Source: Obrimoposthia wandeli (taxonomy: Eukaryota). Taken from it: a DNA stretch of 64,000 nucleotides. The stretch covers positions 62,001-126,000 of the forward strand of contig CDROCS010000316.1 in NCBI GenBank assembly GCA_977020255.1, read 5' to 3'. Below are positions 1-13,436 of this stretch, piece by piece. Below the pieces are notes generated by a model. The model searched no databases, was not told the DNA's origin, and saw only the letters and a list, made by a program, of their open reading frames with translations. The stretch's first letter is position 1, and every line of letters begins with the position of its first letter. Made by a program: the position numbers and the translations under genes.

Positions 1-2
1 GG

Positions 3-149
3 ATACCTCCCACCGTGCGGATAATTGTCTAATTGGTCTGATCCGTAACTTGTCGAGAGATCTCTGTTGACAGAGAGTTGCAGCTGTCTGTTCAAAATTG
101 CATCCAGGTAGTCGTCATACTGATCGATTTCTTCCAAATTTGTATCCAT
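3..149 (-). CDS. Possible 5' part of an ORF running off the left window edge (MDTNLEEIDQYDDYLDAILNRQLQ...)
   Basis: 49 open codons from ATG at 149 in a locally GC-richer stretch; no recognisable motif. Confidence 0.2.
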   Translation of the reverse strand, partial: MDTNLEEIDQYDDYLDAILNRQLQLSVNRDLSTSYGSDQLDNYPHGGRY

Positions 150-699
150 TTCTAATTACAGGCTCGCTACTAAACAGAATTTGTGACTAAATTTCTCGTA
201 AAAATATAAAGTCATAGTTATGTAGTATACAAAACAGAAGCCAGAAATATAATACCGAGATAAATTATTTAGAAATCCTATATAAATGAAAAAATCTTAT
301 TTTTGTAGAATTTGACTCCTTTGAATTATGTCTACGAAGGAAAGCAAAACTAATTATCATGCCGAAATAAATGTATGGACAAGAAATCAATCAAGGAAGA
401 ATACTCTCGAGTATCTTCCAAAAGAATATAAAAGGATGTTGCAACCCAAGATCGTGATGCATTTGATTTGTTGTTGTCCGATGAAGCTGCGTTATTATGG
501 AAGGAAACACGTGAAGCAGTAAATTCAGCAAATTTGTAAATGATTTTCTGGTAGATAATTTTAAATTATCTAATTTTCCAATTTTCACGTAAAAATGTTG
601 TAAAACAGTTGTACAAGTAATTTACAACTTTTAAATTTGATGCAAATATTTTTTTTAATTTAATCAGAAAAATTTAGATCGTTTTATCAATAATATTGA

Positions 700-900
700 G
701 AAAATAATTGAAGGTTTTGACTCTTGAAGGTTGACCCTTGAACGTTTGCCCATCATATATAACTTTAACAAGTATAAAAAATATTTTTATCATGGTTTTG
801 ACCTTGAAGGTTAATTCCTCGAAGAACCATATTCTAAGAATCACCTTCAAAGCTATATGGGTAATCCTATAGCGATCCTTACCTTAAAAACCACATGTCT
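700..900. repeat. Relic of a dispersed repeat family with GAAGGTTTTGAC/GGTTGACC motifs, related to 11230-11510 and 44520-45090
   Basis: aaggttttgactcttgaaggttgacccttgaa resembles the reverse complement of about 11260-11300; similar motifs occur in the subterminal repeats after 44333. Confidence 0.35.
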
Positions 901-3900
901 ACTTTAGTAAATGTCAACACATTTCCACGCAGTAGATGTTCATTGGATGAGGAGTCATCATCCGTTATGTCAAGTCATGGATGAGGTCATTGTCCGTCAA
1001 AATGAGTTATATCATAAGAAAAACAAAGGGACCTTCATGTCTCCTGAAAATGGTCATCTCTAATTCACGAGATCATGGAGTCTGTGATTTAGACACGACA
1101 ATTTACGCTACTCGTACAGTATGCTTTGGTAGTATTTGCAGTTTACTGTCCATTACTTTAATGTATCAAAATCAAATCTAATTTCTGATTTTCGTATATA
1201 ACCTTTTGAATATTAATGGAGGGCTTATAAATGAAAACTTATAAAATATAATGCCCTGTATTTATCATTTTGAAATTCTTAAAACTTTATTTTTAGCTTA
1301 AAAAAACCCTACTTAAGATTTTATGGCTAAAGGTTTTGTCCAAATGTTTCATCAAGAGCTGCTTAACGAACTTATTCGAAAATGAATAATTAAAGAGGAA
1401 GCGTGGAAAATATAATCTTTTCAGCCATGGCGAAGAAACCCAAGACCAACTATTCCTTAATCGGTCCCAACAGCTAAGATGACTTTGTTATTAATTGCTT
1501 TTTGTGGTGATGGAAAATTTGCGATTTATTGAAAATCTGAAGATGAGACTGTGTAAATGTAATATCAGTAAAGATAATAAAAGATCATCTCGAGAAACAA
1601 ATTTTGAAATCCAGGAGTTATTGTTTGCATGTCTATGTAGACTGAATGCGGTGTAGACTGAAATATATTCTATGGTCTTCAGTTTAAGTGTCAAATTGTT
1701 CTAGTCGTGCTACTGTATGATTTTTATAATTATTTTTAATATAAGATTTCTTAACAATGTGATTCAGATATTTTCCATACAATTATTCGACAATAGAGTG
1801 CTGAATCAAGTTGGATTATTTCAATAAAAATAAAAGGCCATTATATGCAATTAGGTTTTGTCATCTGCAAAACATTATCGTTCATTATAATCCTTTTCAG
1901 TATCTCTGCCCAGATCAGCTGAGCCAAATCAGAACATAAATAAATGAAATTGACATCCCAGAGTAACAAAGCGCGTTTCGTCCGGAAATTTGCCAATTAT
2001 TGAACTTCGATAATCCTCACTCTCTTCAACTTCGTTTCGTGTTTTCGAGAGGGGTTCCATTTGACAATTATCTCCCCATAGATGATTTATGGCCATCAAG
2101 GACTCTTTTCAGTCAGATGTGACTTCTTTTTTAATCTAAATCACTATGATACAAAATCCATTCAATAATTAAAATTGGCTTTCAATTTCGTTTAGACACA
2201 GAATAAATACAATTTAGAACAATTTAATGGATTTCTAATCTGATTGACTGAGTAACAGTAAAATCTGGATGTGTAAATTTTCTCGCGAATTGCCTCTTTC
2301 TATTGGTCACGGCAGAGGGAAACATAATATTAGCTTTTGATCAACACAGAAATTGACGATTTGGGAAAAACAATATAACATAGCATATCTTTCTTAGCAT
2401 AAGTCATTAGAAATTCCATAAATATCCAGATAGGGTGCCTTTTTAACGGTTCCTTTTTAAAAATTGATCTTAATTTTTTAAAGTAATTGGTGCCTTACCA
2501 TTTAATATAGGAAATATTTATTTTTAATTATTTTGTATCGTCAAGCCGTTTCAAAACGAAGATCAGCAGGTCGTTAATTTTATTACCTGGTTTTCAATTG
2601 TTGCTATTTTTAAACTATTGTCAGGATTTCAAATACTTTCGAAATTCAAATTTTAATTCAAAAAATTCATTATTTCACTTCATTAGGTTTTGAATTACAT
2701 TTTTTGATGTAGTGAAATAATTCAATAGACACTAACTTTTACACGGATTTCAAATAACTAAAACAATTTTCGTATTGAGTTTATTAAAACAAATTCAAAT
2801 ATTTTTTTTCGCTAAATACATTAAAATAAATTCAATGAAGACTAAATTGTGTACTGATCCCAAATAAATTAGTCACATTAACTACACGAGACCTCATTTC
2901 ACATTATATGATGACAATCTCCATCTATGTTTGCATATTTATTTGTTTATAAAGAATAAGATAAAATAGAAAAACATTAATATTTTTAAAAAATTATAAC
3001 ATTATACAATCTTTGATCAGTTTCCCTATTTATTTTAAACTTTCATCATGTTTTGTCTTAAATCCTTGAATCATGATGAAGAGGTTTCATTTTTCATGTT
3101 ATGACCAGCTTTCCATTATAATGCACATATGCGTTCATAAGCTCTAATCAATATTTAATTACTAGAAATGTTATATCCAATTGTTTAAAGATTTCATTCA
3201 GTTGTTTGATATCTTCATGAATAATCTGGATTATGCAATCAAACTTGCTTTTATTCAATTTGACATAATTGGATAAGATATATGTTACTGGAAAATAAAT
3301 GTTGAGTAAAATCCTTAGACTCTTTCTTGCTTATTTTCTTTAATAAAATTGTGTTGACAATTGATTGTAACTATTTTTCTGGGGTATTCTTTGGAGTCAC
3401 CTTTTCGATTTTGATAATTGTCCATTGTAATCAGAAATAATTACTAAAATAAATAGTTAGTTGTTTATAACCAACAAAACTACATCTGATTGGTCAGTGA
3501 TTTGATTGTTTGTTTCGTATGTTGATTGTTGTTGATTGTATTTGATGATTGTTAGTATTTGTTTTGTTTATACAATGTTTTTATGTATATACGTATGTTA
3601 GCATTGAGTTGTTTATATCATATGTGTGCATGTGTATATTTGATTTATAAAATTATTGCGTGAATGTATGTAAATATTCATACATGAAACATTTTTTTAA
3701 TCAATTTGAAATAAAATTATTATTATATACTTTATAAATAATCAATTGTTTTTTCAAATAAATTTAATTTGTTTTTATACATTCAAATGTGAAAATTGAT
3801 TCCATAAAATTAATTGAAATTTATAGATGATTTTAAATATTGATACATATTATATACGTTTGAAACATATTTATATACTCTATTCATGAATTCAATTTTC

Positions 3901-4174
3901 CAAATTATTCTAAAACATCTAATGAGTATAAATAATTAAAAATGTATAATTTCTGACAACTAATGATATGACATTACATTTTGTGTGAATTTTTAAACTA
4001 AATTTTAATCTGAGTTCTTTTAAATTTTCTGTCAAATTTTGATCAGAAATGTTATTTTTCAAATTATTACTATTTATACAATTTTTAATCACATGTATGT
4101 CATCCTGCATTGTGGGGTCACCATCTAAATCTAAGTTTTCATATTGATTTTGTTGATATACATTATAATAACTC

Positions 4175-4308
4175 AATATTATAATAAAATCAATTTATTT
4201 TTAATTTTCTATTTAAATTCATTTCGACCTTTGATTTTAAGATTAAAATATTTTAATATAAATAATTATTTTATTTATCTTATTCAATTTAACTTAGTCT
4301 AACAAATT
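4175..4308. repeat. AT-rich ~135-bp dispersed repeat, copy 1 (copy 2 at 24424-24558)
   Basis: Colinear match, e.g. taaaatcaatttattttt..ctatttaaattcatttcgac..aatataaataattattttattt..cttattcaattt. Confidence 0.75.
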
Positions 4309-4879
4309 TAGTAATATTTTAACCTTGGTTAATTAAAAGATTTCATTGTAGTATATCAAATAAATGATCTACTTATAAATATTAAATAAATCATAAATAA
4401 CTAAGTTTGTTATGGATCCTTGAAGATCTGACATTTGAAGGTGTGAAGGTTAAAGGTCCAATTTCTGGTCAATTTGTGAGTGACGACAGCATTGCAATAC
4501 AACCTTCAGATCAAAACAAATGTATGTTTGAAATTATGTTACTAAAACTATTAGAACAAAAACTATGATTAATCGATGACATCATCGATTACTAATAATT
4601 TCCAAACAGTAAGATCCTGAGTAATACATGAGTAATCTATTTTAAGAACAAAGACATGACTCATCATTAAGGGAGCTTTCACTCTACTATCAATTATACC
4701 TGGGAAAACGAAATGACTACAGTTCCAATTATCAGAGAAACAACTATATTAATAACTTGAAATCCCTACATGGAGTTAAAAATATGACAGTTTGATTTTG
4801 AAATTTGAGACACGTTAAAAATTATAGATATTAAAAAAAACTCTTGTTTTAACAAATCATTTTAATCAACTTATCGATT

Positions 4880-5549
4880 TAACACGTAAAATGGAAAATT
4901 TAAATGAACAACAACGAAGAGATGTAATAATACAATACTACCTATGTCGTCCCGATTAATTATTCAATAAAGTTACCGTATACGTCAATGAGCTCAGAAT
5001 TGCAAGACAAACTGTCTATGATGTGTTTAACCGCTTCAAAAAACGACATTTAACTGAGTGGGCTGAATGATCGGGCAAAGTAGGTATATGAATGATAGAA
5101 AAGTCAAGAAAATGTTGAAAGACATATAGTCAGCGAACAGCTCAAAGCGCGAAGTAGCACCAAAGTATGAAATTTATCATACTTATGTGGCAAATATCTG
5201 CAAAGAACATGGGGTACATGCATTCAAAAAAGAAACTCGTCCTTATACCACTGAAAAGCACAGAGAAGTCCCAAAAGTACGAACCTGTAAACTTTTTACG
5301 CAGCTAAGAAAAGACAAATTCCCTTGCATTATCATAGAGGATTTCTGGGGATTTCTTAAGGATAAGGTGTTTGAAAATGGATGGAAAGCTGAAACTCATC
5401 GGCAACTTAAGCAACGCATAAAACTTTGTTTGGACCAGATTGATATGGAAGTCATTGCAAACATAAAGGTTGGTATTGTTGATGTCTTGGAAAAAAATCA
5501 TGTTGAAAGTCTCTACATTAACTGGATTGCTTTATTTTGTTTGTTATAA
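4880..5549 (+). pseudogene. Tc1/IS630-type transposase relic with the catalytic core deleted
   Basis: N-terminal HTH-like remains plus ORF 5187-5549, where CIII joins directly to EDFWGFLKDKVFENGWKAETHRQLKQRI, the post-catalytic helix of Tc1-like transposases. Confidence 0.65.
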
Positions 5550-5945
5550 CATATTTGCCTTGTATTTAGCAATAAAATCTGTGTTACAAAATATTATTTT
5601 ATTTTATTTAAAAATGTAAGAATTTCAAGTATACACTCGTTACTTAATATTTTTATCAACAGGAAATGTAGACAATTGGCTTAAATCGGTTTGTTCAGTT
5701 TCAAAAACAGGGTATGAACTGAAGGAGAAAATAGAAAATATACTGAATGAATTTCATAACCCATTCGTCAAAACAATGTTCTTTCGGATAGATGCATCTT
5801 ACACCACTATTAGAAAGAATGTAAAATTATAAAAAACTACAAATTTTAAAATGTCTTATATTAATTTTATGATGTTAAAAAAACTTGTTAATATTTTATT
5901 AACTGTTAAAGTTGTATTACTATATAAAATCACCCTGAATTTTTT

Positions 5946-6841
5946 CAATATGTAAAAATGTATGTGTGGAAATTTACTAGGTAATATTGCATATATAATT
6001 CATATGGTGACTATGAAATACCACCTAGGTATTCTGGCCATGCCTATTGCCTGTCTATCTAGCAAATTTGGTCGAAATATAGATGCAATTTAATTTAAAA
6101 CTTTTATCTCTTATAATATAGAATTTCATCTTACCATTAAACTGTTACATTCTGCTATAGAGAAGGTATGTTTCTATAGAATCACTATTGTATGCATATA
6201 TATATATATATATATATATTTATATTCAATATATATCTAATATAGGACTAATTTTAACATATTATTTTTCTATTGACCAGAGGCTGCCAAAGTGGGTTAT
6301 GTGGAACTCTAGGGTTCCTTAGACAAAATCAGGGGTTCTGCTAGCCAAAATTTAATAAAAAGTAACTTAACAAAAATTGGCATTAACGTTACTCGCCTTT
6401 CCCAACCTGGGCATAGACCCACTATAGCTACATAATAAATATTTCATTAGTTTAACTTTATATTTTTGTGATTTTTATGGCTTTTAAGTATTTTTAAATA
6501 TGTAGGAGTTTCAATATTTTTTAAAATAACACCAAAGGGTTCAGCGACCAAAAATGTTTGGGAACCCCTGCTATAGACTAAAGTTTATAACATTAACTTT
6601 TTAATAAATTTAATAACAAAATCAGTATAATATTAAACATACTGGAAAAACATGGTATTAAATCAAATTTCAAGTACCTTTAGATGCCTAACATTTTTAC
6701 TCCTCTACGCACTTTCATAACCTTTAAACGACCTTACATACATGTTGATGAGAACATCATTTATTAAAATAAATAAAATAAAGGGCATTGGTCAAGTCTT
6801 TGATGAAAATCTTAAAATGCAATTTATCTGATAAAAAATAC
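5946..6841 (+). repeat. ~895-bp local duplication, copy A (copy B at 14452-15347)
   Basis: Colinear near-identity at offset 8506, including a (TA)n tract and a MITE. Confidence 0.95.
6278..6570. mobile_element. 293-bp hAT (Charlie/Buster-type) MITE, copy A
   Basis: Termini CAGAGGCTGCCAAA / TTTGGGAACCCCTG; 8-bp TSD ctattgac/ctatagac with one mismatch. Confidence 0.9.
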
Positions 6842-7216
6842 CTTACTACTGAGATAACTGCAAAGCTAACACATGCAATTAATACATAAGGACTTGATTT
6901 TCAAAGTTCTCTACTGGTATTAATTAAATCGTTTACAAAAAATTTAAATACAGCCATCAAAATAATATCCAAATTAAAGAAAAGTGCCACTAAAAGTGAA
7001 TATTTAATGAAGCTCCATTTGCTATCGATCAATGCCAGAATTGAATTCCTGATCTTACATATCATCGAAATATGTATTCTCTCTCAAAAGCCCAAATACA
7101 TATATGAACTTCTCGAAACTAGTTCAGTGAGCATGTATATGCATCTTAGGAGCAACGATGATGACCGCAGAATGGTCAAGAAATTTTCAATTATCAAACA
7201 GAGATGGAATATATGA
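6830..7216 (+). pseudogene. L2/Crack-like LINE 3' ORF2 relic
   Basis: KLHLLSINARIEFLIL..KPKYIYELL resembles the LHWLPIxxRIxFKIL motif; related to 21210-21560. Confidence 0.55.
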
Positions 7217-8179
7217 AATTTCTGTTCTGAATCTTTACAACAATTACCTATATTTTTTTGTCAATTTTTAGAAATTCAGAAGCAATCGAGACTTTACTAT
7301 TCAGAAAATATTACGAAGAATAATGGAAAACAGGAAATGATTTGAAGATTTATTATATAATAACGCTTTATTAAATATATTGTTGGTAGTGCTATTTGGA
7401 GAAACAGTTAATCAAAGTATGGTAAAATTAATGAAATCCAACTAAAGTCGGAACACGTCCATAATCATCAAATAAAATATGCAACTTTAAAGACAACAAA
7501 GTAAAAATATTGAACTATTATTCATTATTAGGAAAGTCAGACATGAACATAACTTTACGCATATTTTCCAGACTTCCAAATTAGATTATAAATAATTGTA
7601 CTATCATTTAGTTTTCTAAATTGTTTTCATAATTTATCAACGCAGCTGCTTTGAAACTTTAGCCAATACCAAAATTAATTAATTATTGTGCAAATATCAA
7701 TATAGAAATTAAACTATATCGTTAATTAAACAAATATCAATTATAAGTAAATGTATTGCGTATGAAATTCTCAGTAATGATCAAATGAAAAAATAGGAAA
7801 ATATCAAATTGTTAATCAGGAACCGCCATTTTCCAACATCATCAGCATCTGACTATTTCTAATTAAACATTAATTTTCACGTATTGTATCATTCATTTTG
7901 TAAATTTCTAAATTCTCACCATATTGATATGCATTTTTTAATATAAATCTTTAAATTTCTGGTTAATTCATTGTCTATAGAAATTTAATTAATCATCCAA
8001 TTTTGTAAATAATTGTTTGAATTCGAATTATTTAGTGGAAATGAATATTTAGCTCTAGAATTCTACTTATACCGGATTAAAAAGGTAAAATATGTATAAA
8101 TTAGTTACGTTGCTTATAACCTAGCTTAAAGTTTATCGTATATTAATACACATTTCATGAAGGGCTAAATAAGATCTGT

Positions 8180-8640
8180 AGAGACCATGAGGTTTATTGG
8201 ACAGTTTTCTCCCGATTAATGGTGATAAGAAAGCCAAGCTTCCTGAGCAGTGGGGTCAGTAGATCTTCGCATTCCACTTGACTGAGTTGACTATTGCCTC
8301 ACTTGCAAAGCTCCAAGTCAACGGAGAACGTTGTCATTATCAAGACTCCTGAGATTGCTGACAGAGACAGTGTTTACAAATACCACCCAGTTTGGGAGAC
8401 AAGACCGAATTTCTGTTGACATGAAAGCGCACCTCGGCTTGTTGTGGCTCTGCCCCATCGCCAAATTAGGGAGGACTTGACTAACAAGGCATGAGATTAG
8501 TGTGGAGTTGAGAATGGACTTTTTCACGTAAAAAGCGCTCTAATTCTGGTATCCAGACTTGCAGAAATTATGAATCGAGTCAGTCGAGCTTGATTGATTG
8601 CACAGAAAAAGACCACCACTTGGGACTCGGTAGAGGAACG
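8180..8640 (-). other. GC-richer decayed coding fragment, possibly DIRS-like RT
   Basis: Minus-strand RKLGFLITINREKTV resembles DIRS/Ngaro RT LGFxINxEKS; many stops. Confidence 0.25.
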
Positions 8641-11040
8641 GTAAGTAACAGTAGCGTATCTATATTACGATATTCAGTGCATATGAATATCATATTCTTC
8701 ACGTAAGTCATCAACTACATGAGTTACCTCTTATGTGGTATAAATAAACGAATGCAGGACGTCTCGAACACGGACGTTTCAGACTTATCAGTGTATTTAT
8801 AGAAAATGGTGTTCTAACTTTTAGGATAGTAGCAGATACAGTTAAAAGAGTACTCCACCGTGCCTATGCTGCTCTACAACCCAAATTTCCTTTGACTATA
8901 CAGCAGCTGACCATTATGTATTATGCACTTCATAACACATTCATCAAGAGTGTACCTTCGGTTAGATCCCAGTTGCACCCCACACCACTATTAGAAAGAA
9001 TTTCTAATTACAAAAAAATATTCATTTTGACTTTTGCTTTTTTGAATTTTATAACACCACAATTATTTTACGATTACTCTACCCTATATTTGATGAATTA
9101 ACTATTTCCATTGATCTCTGATCAAGTGTCACTGAAAAACATAGTACAGTTTCGAGTGTTTGGATAACATTTATAATAAATCCTTATTTCCATTTTAAAT
9201 ATTTAATTTATCATAGAACAGTCGAAATCTACTGGAATTTTCGTATATAAAATTTTCATACCCTTCCCAACAATATTTTATTATTTATTAAATTTTAATA
9301 AAAAATAGTTTTTTTTTAAATATATATATATATACATCTTTTAATTTTTTATTGTTTTGGTAAAACACAAAATGGTTGAAGATTTTAGATACATACTCCA
9401 TTTTACGAATTAATACGAATTGAAGCTGTTTTAAATTGCAATATAAATAATCTATTTGCATTTTTACATTCTTTTTACTAATTATGTGACTGGTATACAT
9501 TTAGGTATATTAAATACATTTAACATAAAATTTTGTTAGTTAGATATAAAATATAATTTCTTCGAAAATATTGAAATAAAAGCTTGCAAATCATTTGCTT
9601 TAATCTAGCATCAAAAACTTGATGCCAACTTTCGGACTTTCTTTTGATAAACGAGACATTTAAAGAAAATGCAACAGTTAAAATATATATTTTGTAAAAA
9701 GTTATTTTCGACATTAAAACTGGTTTTAGATTAATAGAAATTTTACATATGCAAATATTTACGATTTTAGCAGCATTCAAGATTATAATATCAATTTATA
9801 ATATAAGATAAGAAAACTTTATTCATAGTAAACGCATGCAGGCAATTAAATTCTCTATAGCAATACACCGTTAGGACCGATGAATCTCTAAATGAATTGT
9901 TTTACTTATTCTAATCTCAATTAATCAGGACATTATATGTTTAATAGTTTGAACAATTGTTTAGAATCAGAATTTATTAGATTAATATTTAATAAAAACT
10001 TTGTATAAAGTTATTGCAAAATAGCTTTGCACATTAAAAATAGTAATAACAATGTATAAATAATGTAACAAAATTTATTCATAAAAATACGAAATTGAAT
10101 AAATTCATTAATTTACAATACAGGGTTCTTTACCAGATTGGACTACATTTTAAATGTTCAGATACATTACGATAACTTTGTACTATTGTTTGTTTTTATC
10201 AGAAATGACCGTTATTTATAATGAAAATTTAATAAAAGTATAATATAAATATTTTTAACAGAAAAAACCTTTTACTTTAATAAAGCAATACCTGAAATTC
10301 GTTTCAAAAGTAATTGTCAAAAATGAATGTGTTTTTTCTGGGAATATATATAATGAACTTTTTCAATTTATTTGTCATATGATTATTAAAAAATATTGTT
10401 TTATTTAATTTAGGAATAAAATATATTTCCAATAATCTCCACCTAGTTGTTTATTTTAAATTAAATAATGAAAATATAATATGATAAAAAATCCTTTTTT
10501 CAAATATTATGTTAAAAAACAATTAGCACAGTATTTCCATATTCTTTCGCGACCCCTGGTATAAAACTTGTATTAAATGCATATTCATATATTAATAAAA
10601 AATGAAACTTTCAACATTTATCAACAAAATTATCTATCACCAATTATAGTTTTTGTAGTTTTGGATATATAATAAATTTTTATATCAATAAACACCTCTT
10701 GCAAATATTGAAGGTATAATCTATTATTTTTATGAAATATTCATGACAAAAAAGTTGAAGTCCTGAATTGCTTAATTTATTGAGTTAGGGACAATTAATA
10801 ATGAATTTATTCCATAATATTACAAGTTTATTTGAATTATATCGGGATATTGAATCCAAACTACTTACATAAACCTGAAATGCTTATCTCGAGTACGTCA
10901 TTTTCCTGCTCATACATACTATTTTTAGTATGTGTGTGTGTAAGGAAATTTTCTATTGGGTACAGTATTTTTCCCGGTCATTCACGCTATTTCTATGTGT
11001 GTTGATTAATTCAATAAAAATGTACGCTATTTATGCTTAA

Positions 11041-11104
11041 ATTCTGTAGGTGTGTGTGTTCTTCAATTCTGTAGGTGTGTGTGTTCTTCAATTCTGTATG
11101 TGTT
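11041..11104. repeat. 2.5 tandem copies of 25-bp unit attctgtaggtgtgtgtgttcttca
   Basis: Directly visible. Confidence 0.9.
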
Positions 11105-11839
11105 GATCCTTTGTTCTCTAATTCTAACTCATCAATGAGTCAATTGTAAAATATTTTCAAATGTGTATGTGTAATGATCCCAAGCTTGTATTGAATTCTG
11201 TCTTTCACCAATGTATGAGCACAGGTTCCAATTTTCGAGGGTCTGACTTTGGTTTAACCTTTAAGGGTTGACCTACAAGAGTCGAAAACCTTCAATTTTT
11301 TATTTCTACTTGATAAGGCAATCACGTTGCACTTGATCTGAACTAGGTTAGACCTTAGTCAGACCTTCAACAGTCTGGCCTTCAAAGCTCCAAACTCTTC
11401 TAAAAAATTTTTTTTTACTTTTTGGCAATCAAAGGCAATCATAATGCAATGGGTTTCAATTTGAGCATACTTTCGAGGGTTGACCTTCAAGAGTCTAAAA
11501 CCCTCAAAAAATTTACTTTTTTATTAGGATTTTTATACATGCAATTTAACTTTTAAAAAAAATCCAAAATATTTCAACTATTTACAATCAGAAAGGGTTT
11601 TGTAAAAAAAATTTATTGGAATTTTTGTTGTCTGAAAAATATTTGTTTTATTTTATAAAAGGTTTTTCATTAACTACATTTTAATTAGCTAAATGTATTT
11701 AGGTTATCACATTATTTTATTCAAATTTTTATTATATTGTTTATAATATTATAATGCTTTTGTTTAATTGCATCAAATAATTACCCCAAGAACCCTTTAT
11801 AAGAATTATATTACTATCTTTTTGACAGTAGTGCTCTAT

Positions 11840-11930
11840 ATTGGTATGGGGTTTCATATAATCCTTGTATGGAGGCCCCCGACGCTAGTTCTGTAGCAAT
11901 ATGGCTTACAGATTGACGCTACCTACCCAA
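11840..11930. repeat. Structured ~90-bp dispersed repeat, copy 1 (copy 2 at about 23700-23800)
   Basis: Shared aatcct.gtatggaggcccc..acg..agttctgta...ata.ggcttacagat with conserved hairpins. Confidence 0.7.
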
Positions 11931-12879
11931 ATAATTTCTGAATGTGTTTTGTGGTATGTAAATGTGCTATGTGCAATTTAACGGTAATATCCCTAAAACT
12001 ATTGTGATGTAATGTAGGACTGTAACAACGAACCGGTTAGTCCAATAACCTTTTTAAAAAATAGTCTGGTTAAACCAAGACTAAGAAATTTGGAAAACTT
12101 AAACTGGACTTAATCTGTTCTGACTCTAACTTTCCGATAATCAGAATATAAGCCTGGGTCTTCCTGATTATTTCTCGGCATTAAAACCCTATCCCAGTCG
12201 GTCTTAGTCGGAAGTTAAATTGAAATGGCTTGTACGCTTTTAAATTAAAATATGTATTTTATATCGTACAAGATAACTAAGAGTACCTACAAAAACCTTT
12301 TACAATTTCCCAACTGAGTGCGGCAACACCCTAGATTTGTTAGATTTGAACGTCAGATCTAATTCTACTTTGTCCTAAGGTTTCACGAAAGTATCGATTT
12401 TTAGGACCCCTCAAGTTACACTAAGGTTTTGATCATTACAATTCAAGTTTTACATTAATTTTCGAAATGTAAGTTATGCAGTAAGCAACCTCTGCTGAGT
12501 ATTGACGTCCGAAAAAAATTTATCAAGTTGTCAAAATATGGTCCCAAGTTGTCAAAAAAAGTATTCATCTGCCATAAACAACCAGCAACTGCTATATATA
12601 TTCCAACTAGCAGTGTGGCCTGGGCCTGACTTCTGCCTGATACGACTATCCCATCCAAGCAGTAGTCCATACCTGTCAAATGCTCAACTTTTCTAATTGT
12701 TAGTCATGCTGGGAAAAGGTGTTTCTTTGACTTTATCTATGATATTAGTTCGAGCCAAATGGTAGATTAAAACTGATTTTTTACTGAAAAAAACATTCTT
12801 GCGTTTACGTCAAATAGTTTCCAACCAATAAGATGTGACAGCTCTCACATATAAGTTGTGTTTTTATGAATATATAACA

Positions 12880-13436
12880 CCAACATTTACTGTACTTGAA
12901 GTTGTTGATTTTTAGATGCTTTGCTAATTATTACAAATTCTAGTATCGAGACTCTTCTATTTGAATGGCGTGTGGAGATAATACATACCTTCAATTGTGA
13001 CTCGATTTCTGGCCAAAACTCTTTTCGGAACCGTGGACAGGGCTTCTTGGGGGCCATTATTTGTAAAATATTATTTTCTTTTTTCCATCACCGGATATTC
13101 TTCTCGTCTTTTTGAAACTGTTTAGCAGCCACCACATTGCCATATGTTTCAGAGTAATCCACCGCTTCTAGTTTTCGGTAATTGGGATACGACTTTTGAG
13201 ATCTCTTTGTATTCATTTTAAATTTAATTTAATTCGAAAACTTTATTTAGTTAAACAAATAATTATGGCATTAAAAAAGCAATTACATAATTTTTGAAAT
13301 ATAATTTTTAATATTATTTGGCTTATCTATGAGTCCAGCTTATCTAATATAAAATTGTAATTTAAAAATTTGTAAGTTTTTAGGTATCCGGCTTATACAT
13401 GAGTTCGGCTTATCGACAAGAACTTAGGGTAAATAC
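12880..13436 (-). mobile_element. pogo-family (POGK-like) transposon 5' relic
   Basis: From ATG 13216: KLEAVDYSETYGNVVAAKQFQKDEKNIR*WKK..FWPEIESQL (BrkDBD-like HTH then CENP-B-type HTH), stop at 13090-13088; subterminal GGCTTAT repeats at 13320-13436. Confidence 0.7.
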
